From Salinivirgaceae bacterium (GTDB taxonomy: Bacteria > Bacteroidota > Bacteroidia > Bacteroidales > Salinivirgaceae): DNA of 64,000 nucleotides. A model generated the notes under the pieces. That model made no database searches and was not told where the DNA came from. It was given only the letters and a program-made list of their open reading frames with translations. Where the stretch lies: contig JAQICA010000102.1 of the NCBI GenBank assembly GCA_027858775.1, forward strand, positions 11,692 to 75,691, given 5' to 3'. The position numbers and the translations under genes are program-made. Positions 46,549-56,229 of this stretch are shown here, in pieces (the first letter of the stretch is position 1; each line of letters opens with the position of its first letter).

Positions 46549-47376
46549 ATGAAAGGCGCTATTGAAAAACTTCAACAACAAGCTCTACAGATACGAATCA
46601 GCATTATAGAATCCTTACAAGCAGCAGGGTCAGGTCACTTGGGTGGCAGTCTTGGGCTTGCCGACATATTTACCGTTCTCTATTTTCACGAACTTACGCA
46701 CGACCCACAAGCGCCACGATGGCATAAACGTGACCGACTTGTACTCTCTATAGGACATGTAGCACCTGTTCTATACGCAACGCTTGCACATGCAGGCTAC
46801 TTTCCGCCAGAAGAATTACAAACTTTACGCAAGTTAGGGTCGCGCCTGCAAGGCCACCCTGCTCTAGTGCACGAAATACCAGGCTTAGAAACCTCTGCAG
46901 GATCGTTAGGACAAGGACTTTCTATTGGCGTGGGAATGGCATTGGCGGCCAAGCTAAGAAAAGACCAACACCGGATATTCACCATTCATGGAGATGGAGA
47001 ATTGCAGGAAGGATCTATTTGGGAAGCTGCCATGTCAGCATCGCACCATAAACTCAACAACCTCATTGCCATTGTCGATAGAAATAAACTGCAGATAGAC
47101 GGTGAAACAAGTAAAGTAATGGAGCTGGAGCCACTTGCCGATAAATGGAGAGCCTTTGGATGGGATGTGAAAGAATGCAATGGAAACGATATGGAATCAA
47201 TTATCGATACTTTTGAACAAATTCGAACGAATCGGACCTCCCCAACGGTAATTTTAGCACAAACGAAAATGGGTGCCGGCGTTCCGGAAATTGAGAACAA
47301 TTACAAATGGCACGGTAAACCACCCACAAAAGAACAGGCACCAATATTTATAGAACAACTCAAACAGAATACTTAG
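46549..47376 (+). CDS. Transketolase, N-terminal (TPP-binding) subunit
   Basis: GSGHLGGSLG, RDRLVLSIGH, LQGHP and GDGELQEG..WEA motifs. Confidence 0.95.
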   Translation: MKGAIEKLQQQALQIRISIIESLQAAGSGHLGGSLGLADIFTVLYFHELTHDPQAPRWHKRDRLVLSIGHVAPVLYATLAHAGYFPPEELQTLRKLGSRLQGHPALVHEIPGLETSAGSLGQGLSIGVGMALAAKLRKDQHRIFTIHGDGELQEGSIWEAAMSASHHKLNNLIAIVDRNKLQIDGETSKVMELEPLADKWRAFGWDVKECNGNDMESIIDTFEQIRTNRTSPTVILAQTKMGAGVPEIENNYKWHGKPPTKEQAPIFIEQLKQNT

Positions 47377-47380
47377 CACC

Positions 47381-48343
47381 ATGCAGAAAAAAACACCAAC
47401 CCGTGTTGGATTCGGTAAAGGATTGGCAAATGCTGCAGAAAAAAATGATCGCATAATCGGTTTAGGGGCAGACATTACCGGGTCGGTCAACATGAACTTT
47501 TTTGCAGAGCAGTTTCCCAATCGGTTTTTCTCGATGGGCATAGCAGAACAAAACATAGCCGGAGTAGCTGCGGGATTTGCCCTTGAAAATTACATTCCGG
47601 TTATGGCTACCTACGGAGTATTTTCTGCCATGCGCACAATTGACCAAATTCGCATTTCAATTTGCTACAATAATTTACATGTAATAATTGGCGGGGCGCA
47701 CGCCGGAATTTCTGTAGGACCCGACGGAGCTACACATCAGGCATTGGAAGATATCGCTATAATGCGAAGCTTGCCTAACATGACGGTTTTATCGCCATGC
47801 GATGCCACACAAACATATAAAGCCATAAATCAGGCCATTGAAGAATTATCGGGTCCGGTATACATACGGTTCGGACGCGAGGCTGTGCCCAACTTCACAC
47901 CGAAAGAAGCACCGTTCCAAATTGGCAAAGGCGAGTTACTAAGAAGCGGCACCAATTTAACGATTGTTGCAACCGGACATTTAGTGTGGGAAGCTCTCCA
48001 GGCAGCCAAAACACTGCAAAACGAAGGAATTGATGCAAGAGTAATCAACCTGCATACTATCAAACCCATTGATAAAGAAATACTCATTCAGGCAGCAAAA
48101 GAAACCGGAGCTATTGTAACAGCAGAGGAACACCAAATTATGGGTGGCATGGGTAGTGCAGTAGCCGAAGTAATATCGGAGGCATCCCCCTGCCCGATGA
48201 GCTACGTAGGCATAAAAGATACATTTGGCGAATCGGGAACACCCGATGAACTTATGAAGAAGTATGGACTATTATCAACCAATATAATTCATGCAGCCCG
48301 CGAGGTGTTGCAAAAGAAAACAGAAAATGAGCGAACATATTAA
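47381..48343 (+). CDS. Transketolase, C-terminal subunit
   Basis: GIAEQN, GPDGATHQALED, PVYIRFGR, HTIKPID, TAEEH and FGESG motifs. Confidence 0.95.
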   Translation: MQKKTPTRVGFGKGLANAAEKNDRIIGLGADITGSVNMNFFAEQFPNRFFSMGIAEQNIAGVAAGFALENYIPVMATYGVFSAMRTIDQIRISICYNNLHVIIGGAHAGISVGPDGATHQALEDIAIMRSLPNMTVLSPCDATQTYKAINQAIEELSGPVYIRFGREAVPNFTPKEAPFQIGKGELLRSGTNLTIVATGHLVWEALQAAKTLQNEGIDARVINLHTIKPIDKEILIQAAKETGAIVTAEEHQIMGGMGSAVAEVISEASPCPMSYVGIKDTFGESGTPDELMKKYGLLSTNIIHAAREVLQKKTENERTY

Positions 48344-50225
48344 GCACGAGTGCGGATTTGCATTCATTCGGTTACTGAAACCGCTGGAGTATTTTCAAGC
48401 CAAGTACGGCAGTTGGATGTATGGCATCAACCGAATGTACCTAATGATGGAAAAGCAACGTAACAGAGGGCAGGACGGAGCAGGTCTGATTTCAGTAAAA
48501 CTGGATACCCTTCCGGGCGTTAAGTACATCGATCAGTTACGGTCAAACTCTCCCCAACCCATTGTTGATGTTTTTAACGGAGTACGAAGTCCCATTACAG
48601 AACTTGAAAAACACAACCCCGATTTATTGAACGACGCACAATGGTCGAAAAACAACATCGCATTTGCCGGCGAGCTTTATCTGGGACACCTTCGGTACGG
48701 CACGTTTGGCAACAACGATATTGAGAGTGTGCATCCGGTAATGCGTGAAAACAACTGGAAATCGAAAAATCTTGCACTCGCCGGGAACTTCAACCTAACG
48801 AACGTAGACGAAATATTCCAATCGATGGTTGATTTGGGACAACACCCCAAAGGAATGACTGACACAGTTACCATTCTGGAAGAAATTGGGCATCAGCTCG
48901 ACGAAGAAAACCAAGAGCTATTTCGGAAATTTAAAAAGCAAGGGCTTAACCACAAAGAAATAAGCGCCAATATTGCACGAGAGATCAACATCAGAAAAAT
49001 CCTTACCAATGCCAGCGATAAATGGGATGGTGGTTATGTAATTGCCGGCATAGTAGGCCACGGCGATGCATTTATAATGAGAGATCGTAACGGCATTAGG
49101 CCGGCGCACTACTACGCAGATGATGAGATAGTGGTTGCAGCATCGGAAAAGGCGGTCATACAAACCGTAATGCATATACCCGAGGAACGCATACACGAGG
49201 TTGACCCCGGGCATGCCCTAATTGTGAAACAAAACGGAACCTGGAGTCTGGACAAAGTTAAAGAGCCCGGAGAAAAGCTTTCATGCTCGTTTGAGCGAAT
49301 TTACTTCTCGCGAGGCAGCGACCGTGAAATTTACAAAGAACGGAAAAAACTAGGCGAATTATTGGTTGAACCCATTGTTCAGAAAGTTAACGGCGAACTA
49401 GAAAATACCGTCTTTAGTTTTATTCCAAACACAGCTGAGACAGCCTTTTACGGCATGATAAAGGGCGTTGAAACCTACATGCTGACACAGAAGAAAAATC
49501 AACTATTAAAAAATAAAAACACCTTAACGGCAGAAGACATTGAAACTATCTTTTCTGCACGCCCGCGCGTTGAAAAAATTGCCGTTAAAGATGTTAAGTT
49601 ACGTACATTTATTACCGGCGACAGTTCGCGCAACGACCTGGTTGAACACGTGTACGATATTACCTACGGAACCATCACGCCTGAGGTTGACAATATGGTA
49701 ATTATTGATGACAGCATTGTGCGTGGAACAACACTCAGAAGATCTATACTTCGCATTCTCGACAGGCTTAAGCCAAAACGCATTGTCGTTGTCTCTTCAT
49801 CGCCACAAATACGGTACCCCGACTGTTACGGCATCGATATGGCCAAGCTGAGCGATTTTATCGCCTTTCAAGCGGCCATTGAGTTGCTAAAAGAAAAAGG
49901 CCAATATTACATTATCAACGAAGTATACAAAAAATGCAAAGACCAGGAAGGCTTGCCAAAAGAACAGGTGAAGAACCACGTAAAAGAAATATATGCCCCA
50001 TTTACAGCTGAGCAGGTTTCAGATAAAATTAGCGAAATGTTGCAAAATGGAATAAATGCCGAGGTGAAAATTGTTTATCAATCCATCGAAAATCTGCACG
50101 AGGCTATTCCCAACGACCGGGGAGACTGGTACTTTACAGGAAACTACCCCACACCGGGTGGTAACCGAGTGGTTAATCAATCGTTCATCAACTATATTGA
50201 AGGAAAAAACGAACGAGCATATTAG
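48327..50225 (+). CDS. purF: Amidophosphoribosyltransferase (Bacteroidota long form)
   Basis: Propeptide ending HE-CG (N-terminal nucleophile Cys), QRNRGQDGAG, GHLRYGT, CSFERIYFSR and PRPP motif IDDSIVRGTT; start at 48327. Confidence 0.9.
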   Translation: MSEHIKHECGFAFIRLLKPLEYFQAKYGSWMYGINRMYLMMEKQRNRGQDGAGLISVKLDTLPGVKYIDQLRSNSPQPIVDVFNGVRSPITELEKHNPDLLNDAQWSKNNIAFAGELYLGHLRYGTFGNNDIESVHPVMRENNWKSKNLALAGNFNLTNVDEIFQSMVDLGQHPKGMTDTVTILEEIGHQLDEENQELFRKFKKQGLNHKEISANIAREINIRKILTNASDKWDGGYVIAGIVGHGDAFIMRDRNGIRPAHYYADDEIVVAASEKAVIQTVMHIPEERIHEVDPGHALIVKQNGTWSLDKVKEPGEKLSCSFERIYFSRGSDREIYKERKKLGELLVEPIVQKVNGELENTVFSFIPNTAETAFYGMIKGVETYMLTQKKNQLLKNKNTLTAEDIETIFSARPRVEKIAVKDVKLRTFITGDSSRNDLVEHVYDITYGTITPEVDNMVIIDDSIVRGTTLRRSILRILDRLKPKRIVVVSSSPQIRYPDCYGIDMAKLSDFIAFQAAIELLKEKGQYYIINEVYKKCKDQEGLPKEQVKNHVKEIYAPFTAEQVSDKISEMLQNGINAEVKIVYQSIENLHEAIPNDRGDWYFTGNYPTPGGNRVVNQSFINYIEGKNERAY

Positions 50226-50240
50226 AAATACTCAGAATGA

Positions 50241-50283
50241 AAAAGCAAAAAAGCGGCCTTTTACAGTCCGCTTTTTTGTTTTT
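50241..50283. terminator. Bidirectional terminator overlapping the glsB-like stop codon
   Basis: AAAAAGCAAAAAAGCGGCC-TTTTACA-GTCCGCTTTTTTGTTTTT. Confidence 0.8.
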
Positions 50284-51202
50284 TATATGAATTTACGTGT
50301 CGTTCAATTTTAGAAGGATAAATATCGTCAATCGTAATCATGATGGCGGTTTCCTCTACCCCACCAAAATATTTATTGAACGATGTACCGAAAGTTTTCA
50401 TCGAGGGCGACAAGTTCATGTATGCATTAATGAGCGGGGGAATATTTTCTCCGAGTTTTCGCACATTTTGATTCAAAATACGACGGTTTTCGTCGTAATT
50501 TTTTCCGGTAAAAAGCTCATTGTATTTTTCATAATCCATACCCAGCTCCATAGGCTCAATAAGCTCCATTAAGTTATGATCATCGGCAAACTGCTTTTGC
50601 AAAAAGTAAAGGATTAAATTGCGCGCTTCGGTATTGAAATGGGGGTACATGGTAACTTTTCCAAAGAAATATTTCACATCTGGGTATTCCACCACGAGTG
50701 CTCCCAGTCCGTCCCATAGATTGTCAAGGGCAAAAATCCCTTTCCGGCTCGATTTTGAAGATTGATACTCCGGATGTACAAAAGAACGTCCGAGTTCTAT
50801 TGTATGAGGTAAAAATTCGTTAATAAATTGCTCACTAAAATGAAAAAGCCGGTAAGTAGCCAACTGCAAGGCTCCATCTGTATCTACCGTTGCTTTTTTG
50901 CATGCAATGTAACGGTAACCGCCAAGGATAGCTTTATCTGCAGGAGACCACACAATTAATTGCTGATAGGGTTCCTCTTGCATATCGAACTTATCCAGAT
51001 CGATGGATTTGCCTGTACCGCCACCGGCCGACCTGAATGTAAGTTCGCGCAAACGTCCTACTTCTTTGGTCAAATTTGGTGCATTGTGATAGTTAAAGGC
51101 ATAAATCTCATGATTGCCATAATTGGTATTCCGAACAAACTTATCTGCTGTAAGTTCGCTTACTAATAAATCTACCGGTATTGGTGCAATAATCTGCTCC
51201 AT
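50261..51202 (-). CDS. glsB: Amino-lipid N-acyltransferase (GlsB/OlsB-like GNAT)
   Basis: GRLRELTFRSAGGGTG..DLD.FD, ELGRSFV, DNLWDGLG and IPPLINAYM match Bacteroides GlsB-type proteins. Confidence 0.8.
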   Translation of the reverse strand: MEQIIAPIPVDLLVSELTADKFVRNTNYGNHEIYAFNYHNAPNLTKEVGRLRELTFRSAGGGTGKSIDLDKFDMQEEPYQQLIVWSPADKAILGGYRYIACKKATVDTDGALQLATYRLFHFSEQFINEFLPHTIELGRSFVHPEYQSSKSSRKGIFALDNLWDGLGALVVEYPDVKYFFGKVTMYPHFNTEARNLILYFLQKQFADDHNLMELIEPMELGMDYEKYNELFTGKNYDENRRILNQNVRKLGENIPPLINAYMNLSPSMKTFGTSFNKYFGGVEETAIMITIDDIYPSKIERHVNSYKKQKSGL

Positions 51203-51275
51203 GTAATTAACATTTGTTTATATAAACACAAAAATACAGCCGAAATGTTCCACTAACGAACATTTTACTCTCGGT

Positions 51276-52100
51276 TTAGGGTTTTAATGAGTAGGCAATG
51301 GATTTTATCTCCTCTGCCCACTGGTCTGGGCACTTATCACGGGTTAGGCTTTGGTATGGAATAGGTTCCCCAAAATATATGTTAAAGTGGCTGTTATACT
51401 GTTTAAATGACTCGCCCGGTAAATAAAACATCTCCAAATTAACTTTCAACCCCAGCTTTTTACGCCATTGTGCCACCCGATAAAACTTTTTTGAATTTTG
51501 ACCATCAAAAAATACGGGTACAATATCGCGTTCGTACTTCCGGGCACGATTTACAAAGGTTCGTCGCCACACTAAATCTTTAATTTCGCCTTTATGCTTT
51601 CGCGATACAAGTCCGAAAGGGAAATCCAGAATGGGATAATCAGCCTTAAAAGCCTCATCGATTTTTTGTATCGCTTCACGCGAATGACTGCCATGCTTAT
51701 TAATCGGCAGAAACAGCGGGTTATAATTTTCAATTAGCAATAACAAATCGTTAACCAACAAACGGGGTTCGCCCCAATGCGAAGCAAGCACATCTGCCAT
51801 AACCACACCATCGAAACCGCCCAACGGATGGTTCGATGCAAATATATAACGCCCGTCTTTCGGAATTAAATGTTCGTTATGTACCGTATAAGTTACATTA
51901 AATTCTTTTAGCAGCGAACGAACAAACTCCACTCCCGTTTTATCGGCATATTTTCGTAAAATTCGATTAATATCATCTTGATGGATGGTACGTTCGATAA
52001 ACCGATATACAAATCCGGGTATAGACCGGGCAAGGCCAGGGCTTTTCAAAGCCATTGCTTTCCTAATATCAATCTGTATTGGTTGAATACTGGTACTCAT
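51276..52100 (-). CDS. glsA: PlsC-family O-acyltransferase (GlsA/OlsA-like)
   Basis: FASNHPLGGFD (HX4D), FP.GLVSR; directly upstream of the glsB-like gene. Confidence 0.75.
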   Translation of the reverse strand: MSTSIQPIQIDIRKAMALKSPGLARSIPGFVYRFIERTIHQDDINRILRKYADKTGVEFVRSLLKEFNVTYTVHNEHLIPKDGRYIFASNHPLGGFDGVVMADVLASHWGEPRLLVNDLLLLIENYNPLFLPINKHGSHSREAIQKIDEAFKADYPILDFPFGLVSRKHKGEIKDLVWRRTFVNRARKYERDIVPVFFDGQNSKKFYRVAQWRKKLGLKVNLEMFYLPGESFKQYNSHFNIYFGEPIPYQSLTRDKCPDQWAEEIKSIAYSLKP

Positions 52101-52336
52101 ACGACAAAATTTTTTATCTGGCTAACTTTTGTAATGCTCATCTGCAAACACCTATCTCTGGCTATTGCAATAATTTGTTATTCACAAAATAAACACCAAA
52201 AGTAATAATTTTTGCTAAAATGCAGCCGAAAATCCTATCAAAAGGCGCAGACGCTACCTTTTACCGAGAATAATTGTTGACAAATTTTTCCTTGCATGGG
52301 CAATTATCAAAACTATAAAACAACTAACTTGCGGCC

Positions 52337-54778
52337 ATGATGACGCATGAACAAAGGTTAAATTTTGCAGAGGTAATTATTCCATTGGCAGCCCAGGGTA
52401 CCTTCACCTACGCGATACCCGATGGCGATTTACCATTGCAACCGGGCAGCCGTGTATTGGTAGGTTTTGGGAAACAAAAAATTTATGCCGGAATCGTACA
52501 GAACATCCACAGCCAGCAGCCGGAGTACAACGTTAAGCCTATATTAGACGTTTTAGACCACCAACCGGTAATAAACGAAACAGGGCTGAAATTCTGGCAG
52601 TGGATGGCCGACTATTACATGTGTTCCATTGGCGAAGTTTGCGAAGCCGCCCTTCCTGCCATGCTAAAAATGCATAGCGAAACACGTTTGTATACAATTG
52701 CAGATGAATGCCCTGAATCAGTTACTAGTACACAATTGCGCAAAGCATTTTTAATGATTCGTGCCGGAAAAGAAATTGCAATTAAAGAGTTACAACACGA
52801 ATTTAAAGGCGCCACTGCACTAAAACTGGCCAGAGAGCTTTCTGAACTGAACCTTATAGGTATACGGGAATGGGTAAGCGATAAATTTAGGCCCAAAACT
52901 ATACGGGAAATTGAACTTGTGGATCCAAACCAGGCAAATATATTTATTCAATCGGGAAAATTAGACAAAACCCCGGCTCAGAAAAAAACCTTACAAGCAC
53001 TACTTCAAAAGAAAAAGCCCATAGTGCGAGCAGAATTAAAAAAAGAAGTAAATGTTTCTGATGCCGCCATTAAAGCACTTATAGACAAAGGACTTGCAAT
53101 AGAAAAAGAACGCGTAGTGAGCCGCTTCGAAAACGCGAACGAACACATTTTGCCTTTACCAATGCTTTCGCCTTCGCAACAAACAGCGTTTGAGGAAGTA
53201 CAAGCCATATGGGCAGAAAACAAACCTGCGTTACTGTATGGCGTAACATCAAGCGGAAAGACGGAACTCTATTTTCATCTTATTAAAAAATACATCGACC
53301 GCGATGAACAAGCACTGGTCTTGCTACCCGAAATAGCCCTAACGGGACAATTGGTGAATCGGTTTCGCATGGTATTTGGCGATAAGGTAGGCGTGTACCA
53401 TTCTCGCATACCTGCAGGGCAGCGCATAGATATGTGGCACGACATAAGGAAGAACAAAAAATTGCGCATTATTGTGGGACCGCGTTCGGCTATGTTTTTA
53501 CCGTACAGTAATTTAGGCGCCATCATTATCGATGAAGAACACGATCGATCCTACAAACAGCAAGACCCGGCTCCGCGCTACAACGCTCGCGATGCAGCCA
53601 TTGTATTTGCACATTTACACCAGGCAAAAGTACTCATGGGAACGGCAACCCCATCACTAGAAAGTCTGGCCAACAACAAGGCCGGAAAATACGGCATGGT
53701 AAGATTAACGGAACGGTACGGAAACTACATTCGACCATCAATAGAAATTGTTGATTACGCCAAATGGTGGCGCAGACACAAAGTGAAAGCACACCTAACG
53801 CCGCTACTATTTGAAGCAATTGAAGAATCGCTGGCAAATGGAAATCAGGTAATACTGTTTCAAAATCGCAGGGGCTACGCGCCCTACGTTCAGTGCATGG
53901 ATTGCGGAGACATTCCTTTTTGTCCGCATTGCGATGTGCGACTGACGTTGCATAAATTTCAGGACCAATTGGTTTGTCACTATTGCGGATTTGCCAAAAA
54001 AAACACAGAAAAATGCGACTCATGCGGAAAACCCGCACAAAAGACCATGGGGTTTGGCACCGAAAAAATAGAACAAGAACTACAAGAACTACTTCCACAT
54101 GCACGAATATCACGATTTGATCAGGATAGCACTCGCCGAAAAAATGGTCATGAAACAATTATTAACAAGTTTGAATCGGGCAAAATTGATATACTAATTG
54201 GAACACAAATGGTGACCAAGGGCATCGACTTTAAGAAAGTGAGCGTGGTAGGTGTTCTTAATGCCGACAATTTATTCAGTTTTCCTGATTTCAGATCGTT
54301 TGAACGAAGCATGCAATTACTAACTCAAGTTGCCGGAAGGGCCGGCCGACACGGAAATCATGGACGGGTAATAATTCAAACCTCACAACCGGAACACACG
54401 GTTATTCAGTCCTACAAACAGGGCAACTACGCTGCATTTACGGAAAAAGAATTACTGGAGCGGTTCCAATTCGCTTATCCGCCCTTTACACGAATAATTA
54501 CAGTATCAGTTAAACACAAAAAGCAAGACACTTGCCACCGTGCTGCCCTATTGCTTGCCGGCCAATGCCGTAAAATAGAAGGCGCAACGATTCTGGGACC
54601 ACAACCACCGGTTATTAGCCGTATTCAGCAATACTATATCGAGGAATTGTTTATAAAAATTGAGCGCTCACCTAAAACCTTAATCATCAAAAACAAAGTT
54701 AAAGAGGCCATTGCCACCGTTAAACAAACAGAGGGTTTGAAAAGCGTCATAATTGGCGCTGATGTGGATCCGTATTAA
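52337..54778 (+). CDS. priA: Primosomal protein N'
   Basis: GVTSSGKTE, LLPEIALT, IIDEEHD, zinc-binding CxxC pairs, ILIGTQMVTKG and QVAGRAGR motifs. Confidence 0.96.
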   Translation: MMTHEQRLNFAEVIIPLAAQGTFTYAIPDGDLPLQPGSRVLVGFGKQKIYAGIVQNIHSQQPEYNVKPILDVLDHQPVINETGLKFWQWMADYYMCSIGEVCEAALPAMLKMHSETRLYTIADECPESVTSTQLRKAFLMIRAGKEIAIKELQHEFKGATALKLARELSELNLIGIREWVSDKFRPKTIREIELVDPNQANIFIQSGKLDKTPAQKKTLQALLQKKKPIVRAELKKEVNVSDAAIKALIDKGLAIEKERVVSRFENANEHILPLPMLSPSQQTAFEEVQAIWAENKPALLYGVTSSGKTELYFHLIKKYIDRDEQALVLLPEIALTGQLVNRFRMVFGDKVGVYHSRIPAGQRIDMWHDIRKNKKLRIIVGPRSAMFLPYSNLGAIIIDEEHDRSYKQQDPAPRYNARDAAIVFAHLHQAKVLMGTATPSLESLANNKAGKYGMVRLTERYGNYIRPSIEIVDYAKWWRRHKVKAHLTPLLFEAIEESLANGNQVILFQNRRGYAPYVQCMDCGDIPFCPHCDVRLTLHKFQDQLVCHYCGFAKKNTEKCDSCGKPAQKTMGFGTEKIEQELQELLPHARISRFDQDSTRRKNGHETIINKFESGKIDILIGTQMVTKGIDFKKVSVVGVLNADNLFSFPDFRSFERSMQLLTQVAGRAGRHGNHGRVIIQTSQPEHTVIQSYKQGNYAAFTEKELLERFQFAYPPFTRIITVSVKHKKQDTCHRAALLLAGQCRKIEGATILGPQPPVISRIQQYYIEELFIKIERSPKTLIIKNKVKEAIATVKQTEGLKSVIIGADVDPY

Positions 54779-54915
54779 AATAAGGAACATGCAAATATTT
54801 TCCTACATTGCTATTCTCGCCAGGTGATGAAAAATGATCTCTGCCCATTATAGAACACTAAGGAGTGTTATTTCAAAAAATAAATGTTTCCACACATTGT
54901 TTCTAAAAAAAATAT

Positions 54916-54923
54916 TACTTTTG
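54916..54923 (+). promoter_or_regulatory. -7 element (TACTTTTG) for the beta-barrel gene
   Basis: Exact TAnnTTTG match 120 nt upstream of the ATG. Confidence 0.5.
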
Positions 54924-55043
54924 ACCACGAAATAATAAAATAGTATTCGTATAAACTTCCTTTTGATATATTATCAATACATTATTAACAGCTTGTACTT
55001 CTTAATGAAATCAATTATTTTTTAAAACTATAAATTTATTATT

Positions 55044-55634
55044 ATGAAGAAAATCACTATTCTTTTTGCTTTATTAAGCGTGCTTGTGCTTAATTCTAAT
55101 GCTCAAAAGATTTCTGTTGGAGGTTTTTTAGGATACTCTTCTCCCCAGGGAGAGGCGTTCACTTACGATGAAGGCTCTGGTGGCAAAGGAGGATTTGGGT
55201 ATACCTTTGACATCATGTATCATTTGGGTCAATTTGACAACAAACTAGCTGTGGGATTAATCTACAATGGCGCCATTCTGGTAGGCGGAGGAGCAGCAAA
55301 TGACTCTTATAGTTTGGATATGTATGGTTTAGGCCTGCGTGGAGTTAAAGGCTATTATCGTTTTTTCAATAGTGGTGTTTCGCCCTATGCTGCAATATCA
55401 ACCGGGTTATCGCGGTTAGAAGTCCCTGAAGTAACCGTAAATGGCGATGTTGTTGCTGAAGGAGGTTCTACTAATTCTTTTGGATTAGCTCCTGAGTTAG
55501 GTGTAGAATTCGGTGGTTTTACAATATCAGCGATGTACTTGTTACCAATGAAGTATGAAACCTGGGGTGGCGAAAAAGAAACGGCCGGTTCATTACAAAT
55601 ATCAGTGGGATGGCGTGTTGGCTTCGATTTATAA
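55044..55634 (+). CDS. OmpA/OmpW-like 8-stranded outer-membrane beta-barrel
   Basis: Signal peptide, Gly/Tyr-rich strands, 'SPYAAISTG', terminal 'SVGWRVGFDL'. Confidence 0.8.
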   Translation: MKKITILFALLSVLVLNSNAQKISVGGFLGYSSPQGEAFTYDEGSGGKGGFGYTFDIMYHLGQFDNKLAVGLIYNGAILVGGGAANDSYSLDMYGLGLRGVKGYYRFFNSGVSPYAAISTGLSRLEVPEVTVNGDVVAEGGSTNSFGLAPELGVEFGGFTISAMYLLPMKYETWGGEKETAGSLQISVGWRVGFDL

Positions 55635-55713
55635 AAAGACATCATAGTCCTAAAAACCGTTAGTAAACACACAAAAACTTCAAGTGTTTTTAGGTAACTA
55701 CTAGGACAAAAAC

Positions 55714-55747
55714 AAAAGCGACTAAAGGCTGGCCTTTAGTCGCTTTT
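55714..55747. terminator. Bidirectional intrinsic terminator
   Basis: AAAAGCGACTAAAGGC-TG-GCCTTTAGTCGCTTTT. Confidence 0.9.
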
Positions 55748-55768
55748 ATTTTTCATACGCTGAAAAAC

Positions 55769-56218
55769 CTACTGTAACTTTGCTTTTACAATATCGGCAA
55801 TCAGTTTTCCATCTGCACGGCCTGCCATAGCTTTATTGGCCATTCCCATTACTTTGCCCATATCTTTCATGGAGGAAGCTCCGGTATCGGTAATAATTTG
55901 CTCAATTTCGGCTGTAATATCTACCTCTGACATTTGCTCGGGCAAAAATTCACGTATAATGCCTGCTTCAAACTCCTCTTGTTCGGCTAGTTCCTGCCGA
56001 TTTTCTTTTCGATAAATTTCGGCCGAATCTTCGCGTTGCTTTACAAGTTTCTGCAACATTTTTAGCTCCGTTGCTTCATCGATAGTATCGCCGGCACCGG
56101 CTTTGGTTTTTTCTTGAAGGATGGCATTTTTTATTGCCCGAATTGCTTCCAATTTGGGTTTATCTTTGGCCTTCATGGCCTCTTTCATTTTTTGTGTAAT
56201 ATCTGTTTCTAAATTCAT
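55769..56218 (-). CDS. GatB/YqeY domain protein
   Basis: MKEAMKAKD..LEAIRAIK, KQREDS, FLPEQMS, MKDMGKVMG and GRADGK motifs. Confidence 0.95.
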   Translation of the reverse strand: MNLETDITQKMKEAMKAKDKPKLEAIRAIKNAILQEKTKAGAGDTIDEATELKMLQKLVKQREDSAEIYRKENRQELAEQEEFEAGIIREFLPEQMSEVDITAEIEQIITDTGASSMKDMGKVMGMANKAMAGRADGKLIADIVKAKLQ

Positions 56219-56229
56219 AATAGTTACAG

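Noticed and set aside
48327-50225. PurF longer than typical, possibly an intein or fusion
   Set aside because: No intein terminal motifs; the length fits the Bacteroidota long form as I recall it
52325-52339. TAACTTGC directly before the priA ATG, suggesting a leaderless mRNA
   Set aside because: Two mismatches to TAnnTTTG; cannot be supported without TSS data
53634-54158. 174-aa minus-strand ORF inside priA
   Set aside because: Antisense shadow with no recognisable features
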